Below are positions 41,450-49,348 of a stretch of DNA of 49,348 nucleotides, in pieces. The DNA comes from Callorhinchus milii (taxonomy: Eukaryota). Location of the stretch: positions 1-49,348 of the forward strand of contig NW_024705388.1 in assembly GCF_018977255.1 (NCBI RefSeq), written 5' to 3'. Under the pieces are notes generated by a model. It did not search any database and was not told where the DNA came from. It saw only the letters and a list, made by a program, of their open reading frames with translations. Numbering within the stretch: position 1 is the stretch's first letter; each line of letters opens with the position of its first letter. The position numbers and the translations under genes were made by a program.

Positions 41450-41950
41450 GCTCACGCAGCCCGCCCGCCCGCACCGGCTGACGACGGCAACCCGGAACCA
41501 AAGGCGCGAAGTGCCGCGCGCAGCACGCGGAACACGTTCCGGGGTGGCACCGCCCACGAGGAGGGTGGGGGGGGGAGATGGTGGGGGGGAGATGGGGGGG
41601 GAGATGGTGGGGGGGGAGATGGTGGGGGGGGGAGATGGTGGGGGGGGGAGATGGTGGGGGGGGGAGATGGTGGGGGGGGGGGGATGGTGGGGAAGGGGAT
41701 GGTGGGGGGGGGAGATGGGGGGGGGTAGAGATGGTGGGGGGGGAGATGGTGGGGGGTAGATGGTGGGGGGGTTGGTGGGGGGGGGGGATGGTGGGGGGGT
41801 GGAGATGGTGGGGGGGGAGATGGTGGGGGGGGTGGAGATGGTGGGGGGGGTGGAGATGGTGGGGGGGGGGTGGAGATGGTGGGGGGGTGGAGATGGTGGG
41901 GGGTGGAGATGGTGGGGGGGGGTGGAGATGGTTGGGGGGATGACGTCACC
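41450..41950 (-). promoter_or_regulatory. Putative EIF2AK4 promoter/TSS region
   Basis: CpG-rich 41420-41560 with ETS cores (CCGGAA 41492, TTCCGG 41537) and palindromic CRE TGACGTCA at 41941-41948; sits between SUPT5H 3' end and GCN2 coding start. Confidence 0.45.
41564..41940 (+). repeat. G-rich minisatellite (GGAGATGGTG6-9)n
   Basis: Directly visible, variable G-run length. Confidence 0.95.
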
Positions 41951-42207
41951 ACGCGACACGTTGCTGTCTTGGTCTTGCTGTGGGAGCCAGGGCCACGTAG
42001 TCTCCTCGCCATCACAATCTTTATTGAGACCGGAGAAATCCGAAGGGCGATGAAGCTCTTGTTTTCACTCATTCTTTATTTAGACTGGAGAAATGTCATG
42101 AGATATGAAGCTTTTTTTTACAGATGTCCAGTCGGGGCGGGTCAGAAAGTTACCACAAACATAAAAATTAAACCCGAGCGGAACGCATAGTGTAGGAAAG
42201 CAAATCA

Positions 42208-42498
42208 CTAAAATAAACTAAACTTTTATTTTATTTACTCGGTAAAGCCCATTGAGCTATTAGTTATATTTCAGAAGCGACCTGGCCACAAATGATAGCT
42301 CAACGAAGTGGCTTATCATCATGTGGAAATGTTTCTCAGCCAAATATTTTAAACGCACGTTTCTAAATGTGGAGGGAAAACCCGGAGGACCCGTAGAAAA
42401 ACAATCCACGCGACCACGGGGAGAGAAACATTCAAACTCCAAATATACAACAGCCATCAGGGTCGGGGTATCGAACCCACGACCTCTTGCATCCCAGA
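42208..42498 (-). mobile_element. V-SINE-like element, copy 5 (5' truncated)
   Basis: Reverse complement core and tail, B-box retained. Confidence 0.75.
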
Positions 42499-42913
42499 TC
42501 CAAACCAACCCTTCGGAGACTCCACTGCTGTCACCACTAAACGAGAATTTAAAACCCAGACCCGGAGGAACGCTACCGCTGTGCGAACAAAGTGGAATAA
42601 ACGGGGACATCCACAATAAACGCCTCATTCGGAATTATTTGAAAGGTGCACTTTGAAGGCGGCAGACACACAACTGTGTACTTTGGCCGTACTGCTCGAA
42701 TACGCAAAGCACACACCTTCCCTTGGGCTATGGTGGTCACCTCATCCAAGCACTTTGCAGATTCAAACCCTGCTTAACTTACGAGGTGAGACGGGATCAG
42801 GCGCATTGTGGGCGATTGTCACAGTATGTGCACTTCACGATTTGGGGAAAAACTGAACGCATCACAGAATAATTATACTATCGATTAACATCACACCGCT
42901 TGTCATGATGTGT

Positions 42914-42919
42914 TTTATT
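42914..42919 (-). terminator. Candidate SUPT5H polyadenylation signal
   Basis: AATAAA on minus strand ending ~1.7 kb of AT-rich sequence after the SUPT5H stop. Confidence 0.5.
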
Positions 42920-44583
42920 GTTTTATTATACATCCAGAGTTATAAGTGAACAGACTTAACCAAGGTTAATTACAGCTCACCATGTTCAACATATTAGACG
43001 GCCAAAGCACTTTACTGTACTTGCTTTAAAACAGTATCGGGACGAATTTTACAATGTTGCAACTTCTGTGACAAATGCTGTATTTTAAACAACATTACAC
43101 GTAGGGTTAATGGCTACTACCACTGGTACACTATAAGCAAATAACAGAGCACACGATTACATGTCAAAGAAAAATCATGTGAATTACAGCTCTAAATACA
43201 AGACTATTCTAAAATAAAATGGCACCAAATTCTACAATGGTTAGTGGATAATTTAAACTGGACATTGAAATTTAGTTCGGTTTTAGTCGCACTGCAACAT
43301 TTACAGAAACTGTTCTATCTTCCGGGTAAACTATTGCTGTGTACTTTTCGGTAATGACACGAACTATTTTGCAACGTACTTTCATTGAATGTATCTCATT
43401 CTAACAAATGGCATCTTTTCAGCAGGCACTGTTTCTGGGAGATGAACCATAATGCAAGTGGACCATGCTTTCAGTTTATATTTGTTTAGAATAATGCTTC
43501 CCAAATGTAATTACTGTAACTTACACAATTATGTACTCCCTTATGAACTGTATGGTGACATTTCTGAGAACAATTAAAATGCAACATACCACTGATAATT
43601 GCATCATTGTTATGTCTTCGACTGCAGGTTTTCCCATTAGGCTTTCATCAAGACAAGTATTCTATCTTAATATCAAACTGGCAATAGAAAGAGAAATGTT
43701 CACACGTTAAATGTTAATGTGCCTTGCAATGATTTGATGCAAACACAAATGAACTTGAAAGCAAGCAATATTCAAAGGAACAAATACTTCTGCTTCAACA
43801 TAAGATCAGTGCTTGTTAAACAAGCAAGGTCACGACCAAAGCTGTAATCAAAATGTTGAAGCTCTGAACATAAATTTATCAAACAAGGACCTTTTGGCAA
43901 ACATGCTCAGATAGGTTTTATAAACAAGTTTGCCAACTGTTTCGTCTTTACAACAACCATGTTCCCACTCACCCCACTCTGAACATATTTATGTCTCGTG
44001 TACAATAAGGGTAAAATGAAAAAAGTTGTGGAGCTATATTCCGTGGTGCATATCAACCACAAATACATAAACACATAAGTTGGGAATTTGGACAACCCAA
44101 GCAATTAGATGGACATGAGTTGACAAAGTCGATTTGAATAGAATGTGTGGCCTTAGGACTGTCCACACCATAATCCGTACATTGTATACATTTGCAATTT
44201 AATACAAGACCAGGTAAGAAATCAAAATATTACAAGAGCATATTTTGAAACTGCATTATAATGGCTCTGAAAAATATAAGCTCTGAAAAAGGAAAAAATC
44301 AGGCATAACTATGAGTTTTAAAAAGTGTGGCCATGTATTGTCCAAAAAGCTGGACAATACCTTCCAAAAATGCTCTTTATCAGATTTACTGGTGCATTGC
44401 AAGGAAGTGCTTCTGAAATGCGGTCACAATCACATGTCCTTTGTTATTGCAACACTAAGTAAGAATCGGAACAGTTGGGGAGAGAGTGGGGACCACCTAA
44501 ACATTTGTGGGGCTATGACCCACTCACATTTCTATGTTCACAAACCGATGTGCCGCCTGCTTCGGTGTGGGGGCACGGCTGGG

Positions 44584-44724
44584 TTAGGTCTCCAGTTTTC
44601 CCAGGAAGCGCAGGTTGAGGATCTTCAGCTGGTTGTCCAGCTCCATGCGAACGATGCCATCCTCTCCGTCGATGCTGATTAAAGTCCCAGTTGCTTCACG
44701 ATCTTCGCCCAGGATCACCTTGAC
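44584..44724 (-). CDS. SUPT5H: SUPT5H last exon
   Basis: cag|[13 protein letters not shown]...FLGKLET* (TAA). Confidence 0.97.
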   Translation of the reverse strand, partial: VKVILGEDREATGTLISIDGEDGIVRMELDNQLKILNLRFLGKLET

Positions 44725-47700
44725 CTGAAACCAAAAGCATCCAAATGGTCGTTGAAGTTGCAAGAAGAGAAGATGGAAAAAAAAATCTATGCACACTTCA
44801 ATTTAAAAAGTCTCGTTCATTCTATATAACAAACCGATTGTCAAAATTAAACCCAAACAGAGCTGTAACATGTGCTTGGTCACGTAACTTTGTATATCTT
44901 ATCGATATGTAAATGTTTTTTTTTTACCAACTTACAGAACTTTATCAGTCTACTTCGAGACGAAGGCCTCACCGTGACCCATACTTGACCACGCGAGTCG
45001 CTGCAGGTTTGTGAATGTTTGGGAACCAATATTAAATGTTTGTGTTTTTATTCTAATGTAATTATAAATAAGATGAAAACAATTAATAAACAAACCTACG
45101 GAACTCCTCTTATCCCAAGTGCTATGGGGACCAATACCGCATATACTGTTATCTGTTACCCGCAGGGTTATCTTAAAATGTACTCGTCTTATCTGAGAAT
45201 AACAAAATGCAAATAACCCACGGATAACAGGATGATTTCCTTGCACAACATGTGGATACAAGGAGTTGTGGATTTCAACTTAGTTGAATTTTATTACTCA
45301 TTCTCTCAACACTTTTCATGTCAAGCCCTTACTGAACACTCGATTGCTCACGCAGACTACAAGTTTTCTTACCTTGTCATATTTTGCAGGGATAACTGGC
45401 TCTAGATGGTCACTGGCAATGCTCACTACTTTGTCGCTGTCAGGGAGGTAAACTGAGCACATTCCACCCTGCAGAGAGATGGGGAGCAGTGATTAATAAT
45501 ACATTTTACATTCACAAAGTCTGATACCACTCATTCACGTAAAAGACAATTGGATTTAATCATATAAATGAAATCAAGTTTAATTTCAAGGCAACAGTCC
45601 TTCATAATCGGCGTAACCCAGTAGCGATTGTCACATCAAGGATTTAACCGAATGTCCTCAAACCAACCGATTTAACCGAGTATCATCAGCAGGTTGTGGC
45701 CTGTTAAGCTGACAATGAATAAAATACATCCAGTATAGGCATGCATTTAAACAATGTTTTATATTTTGACTTAAAGTTTTTTCGTGACTGCAGGAATTTA
45801 TATTATTTATTTTCCAAAGGAAAATGTATTATATTATTTGATGATTCGCTTCCAAGCAACACTAAGTCTGTGAATATCGGAACAGTTAAATTATTTTTAT
45901 TTCTCTCAATTTCTATAGATGATCTAATTAGTCTTGGCCAGGAGGAACTAGTTTTGCACAGAACTTCAAAATAAATTAGTGTCCTTGTTGGCATGCATGT
46001 TCTGCCACCATTTTAGGAACCGAACAGGAGGATTTCGCCACCAATCTGGCAGTCGCCTGATGAAGCTAGTTGTAATTACTGGCGTAAAATCGAACTCAGA
46101 TTGTAAATGTTGCGGCTTTGCTCTCCAACACACCGGTGTGCTGTACTAGTGACGAATTGGCATGTTCTGTTTACGTGACAAACCTTACCAGTTGGCTGTG
46201 TCGGGTGGTGGCGGGTTTAACACCACATTTATATATTTACGTGATCTAACCCCAAAATCCTGTATTATGGATATATGGTAAATATTAGCTATAAAACCTA
46301 TACAATGGTGTGTTGTCTGGCCTTTGAGCCTTTAGACAATAACAAGTTGGCTATTGTAAACAAATGCAAGCTAGCCATAAAAGAAAACCATTTTGAGTAT
46401 GACCAAAACCTCAAAGCACTTGAAAAAGGAATAAAACAATTATCAGTCAAACAATAAGAGCTCTTGAATTAGTCTCTTCGCAAGTACTGGAGAAGGTTGT
46501 TTGGGGCCGTTTGAGATGGAATGAGGAATATAACTTGTTGGCCCCCTACTCCTGCTCTCACTTGTCAAAAATATATAAAACTATGAACTATACGAGGGCT
46601 ATAAAACCTGACATCCTGACATTGCACCAGCTGCAAACGTTAGGCTTGGCACTCTAGTTACGACTGAACAAGGTGGCTTAATCTCCGGTTGGGGCACATT
46701 TTGAGCGGAACAATTCTTACAGATTAGATGATTCATGTTTACATTTTGCCTTTATTTAATAAAAAAAAAAACATTCACAAATGCCACCGTGTCAATATCT
46801 AGTGGAAAAAAGTTTAATTACTGAACTACCGAAAGGTGCTTTCAAACGCTATCTAAATGAAGCACTCCAGCACTTGCCAAATAACCCAGACAATTACAAA
46901 AATAGGTGTTGGCGTTTGCATCGCAACACGTGCTTGATTTTAGTCTTTACTGTACTTCATGAAATGCAGTCAGCACTCAAAACCAGACAAAGATAGCAAA
47001 CGCTCCAACTAAAATATACATAACTGGATGGGTGGCTCATGTAAATACTCATGATGTTCAAGAAGGGCTGAATTGCTGAAATATCAAACAAATATAGTCA
47101 AGTCTATGATTATACCAATAAAAACCCCAAAAATCTAGTTTGGGCCCCATAATACAGTCTAATGGTTAATGAATTTTACTCATAGGGCAGGGTCAACCTA
47201 CTATAAAATAGCTTTACATCCCGTGCTAAACACTTTCAAAATATACAATCCTCATCAGTAACAAAAAAAGTGGCTTTAGTGAGGTGTGATGCCAAAGCCT
47301 GTAAAAAACAGGAGGCTGGGGGTGGGGAGAGAAGTGGGTGACTCACCGAGATGCTGCGTATGACTCCCTTCTGCCCCACAAGCTGGGTATCAGGCGAGCT
47401 GTCGCGCACGCCCACTAGGATATCGATGGTGTGCCAATCGGCCGTGCTGGGGTCGATGGCGGAGCCTGGTGTGAGCGGGTTGTATCCGGCTGGCGAGCCT
47501 GCGCCCGGCGTCATGGGGCTGTAGCCCAGCGGGCTCGGGCTGGGGCTCGACTGTGAAGCAGCAGGAGGCATCGTGATGTTTGTTAAAACTCGAGCAGTTC
47601 GGCAACACTCCTATCCACTGACATAGATCATTGATCGCAGTGGAAAATCGATATACTAATGCCAGACATCTCAGTCGTAAGGAAATCCACACAAGCAATG

Positions 47701-49010
47701 GCTGTGTGCAACTTAAACTATTACGATTAACTTTCTCAGAAGGCTATTGGGAGCGTGATAGTCTATAGGTGGAAGTGCACTTGAACCTTATGGGGGACCC
47801 CGGGGTCCCATAAGCCCCGGCTCTCGCATAAACTGCGTTGTGACGTCATTTTATGTCTGTTGAAGGCGAACGACACGGCAATCTATTCCTCTCGACGAGC
47901 TCTACACGATGCGCTAATCAACGTTTCAAAGTTTTGTTTCTTCTGCGTATTCGTCCTCGCTGCGCTTGGACATGACAACAGAATGATCCGCGCCAGGCGG
48001 GTCGCGGCGTTTATGTGCGCGGTGGGACGGAGTCCACAAATTTTTTTTTATTAATTACATTTTTGACTTCCGTTTATTCGGGTCCTGCCATAAGGTTCAC
48101 TTGTCAAGTCATCTCAAACGGGAAAATGTGGACTGTGAATCGTCACACTCCCAATCTTCACCTGGTATGCCATGGGAGATGGAGTCGGATGGAAGCTGGC
48201 AGGTGACTGCGTGTTCTGGTAACCCATTGGGCTGGGTGCTGGATGGAAACTCTGTGGGCTCGGCGTCGGATGGTACGAGCCCTGCGGCGAGGGCGTCGGG
48301 TACGGGGAGTATTGATCCGTGTTGTACCTTCACACACGGTAAAAGGGAAGGTTGAAAAGATGTTATTACTGGTCCTTGTTAGTACATTACAAGTGCTATG
48401 AGCTGTATGCTGCATGGGAATTATAAGATATGAAATTATCAAATCGATTGACTTTTAGGCAACTTCTAAACATGTTTTCATTTCATATAAAAAACATAGC
48501 AAGAGATCATTAAAGAATCAACATACTGTTGCCCCACTCGATTACCTGCTTTGACTGCGGTTGACAAAAAATATTATTTTAATATATAATTGCTCATCAC
48601 ACTTCAATTACCAAGAGTAAGATGTAAGCAACGAAATAACGACTCAAGGATGTGCAGTTAATCATTTAAAATTGACTGGAGCAGTTGATGGAAATACCTG
48701 CGATATACATTTTAAGGGCATAGATACCTAGATTTCATAACCCCAAACGAATGTACACAAAGCATAATCGCTATCTTTACATTTGGCTACCAATCCGTGG
48801 AGTGCCATGTAAAGTGTACGTGTGGGCTTTGGTGCTCAGCGTAAGACGACTCACAGGGCCGGTGTGCCAGGCGTCTGCGGGTTGTAGGTGGTGTTGACTT
48901 GAGGGGAGGGCACATCTGTGTATCCTGGCGTCTGCGGTGTGGACTGGCCCCCATAGGGCTGTGGAGACGGTGACGGCTCATCGAATGTGTACTCAAAATC
49001 GTCATTTTGC
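44584..49010 (-). CDS. SUPT5H: Transcription elongation factor SPT5, last five exons (CTR2 and C-terminal KOW domains)
   Basis: Spliced product matches SPT5 C-terminus through [27 protein letters not shown]...[12 protein letters not shown]; all phases consistent. Confidence 0.97.
45373..45468 (-). CDS. SUPT5H: SUPT5H exon
   Basis: [32 protein letters not shown]|gtaag. Confidence 0.95.
47347..47550 (-). CDS. SUPT5H: SUPT5H exon
   Basis: [16 protein letters not shown]...DWHTIDI...[10 protein letters not shown]|gtgagt. Confidence 0.95.
48162..48327 (-). CDS. SUPT5H: SUPT5H exon
   Basis: [26 protein letters not shown]...PSPMAYQ. Confidence 0.95.
48855..49010 (-). CDS. SUPT5H: SUPT5H exon
   Basis: [17 protein letters not shown]...[10 protein letters not shown]|gtgagt. 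Confidence 0.93.
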
Positions 49011-49348
49011 CTAAACACAAACAGAGAAAACTGTCACACACTCTCCAGCTTCTTCAAGTCACCGAGCATGGTGTCGCACACCTGTGGAGCTAGTGGCTTA
49101 CACGGAGAGGATCATACATGTGAACTCCCAACCTACAACATGTAGGAAGCCAGGAGACCTAATAAATTTGTGCATATTTTGAAAGTCATCCAATAACATG
49201 CATGTTTTTTTCTGGGTACTGTGGTGTCCTGCCAAAAGCAAAATACTAATTGTGGAAATACACAAATATCACAATACATAATTATCATGACAAAGTCCTA
49301 AAAGTCTGTGTCTTTCCTGGATACATAATTTATTATTAAATACATTCT

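Noticed and set aside
41318..42072. Extensin-like poly-Pro and Gly/Trp-rich ORFs
   Set aside because: Products of the G-run minisatellite.
47788..47813. Short palindrome TTATGGGGGACCCCGGGGTCCCATAA
   Set aside because: Isolated, imperfect and intronic; no supporting context.

Overview
Eukaryotic, intron-rich vertebrate DNA, most likely lamprey (very GC-rich codons, poly-Gly/Gln/Ala inserts, V-SINE-like repeats). There are three spliced genes. (1) The 3' 18 coding exons of a CCDC88 (Girdin/Daple) gene on + (30-19306), with a GBA motif and a C-terminal PDZ-binding motif (TVWYEYGCV). (2) EIF2AK4/GCN2 on - (19 exons, ~40495 down to 22573): RWD, pseudokinase and kinase up to subdomain VIII. The rest of the kinase, the HisRS-like domain and the CTD are not found before the convergent CCDC88 3' end. 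(3) The last 5 exons of SUPT5H on - (49010-44584). About 11 small frameshifts, mostly at short G/C runs, interrupt otherwise conserved exons and are most simply explained as assembly indel errors. Introns carry V-SINE-like elements, L2-like LINE 3' ends, a decayed Vingi-like LINE, a TIR MITE with apparent 6-bp TSDs and two G-rich minisatellites. Homology calls rest on my recollection of the human proteins, not on a database search.
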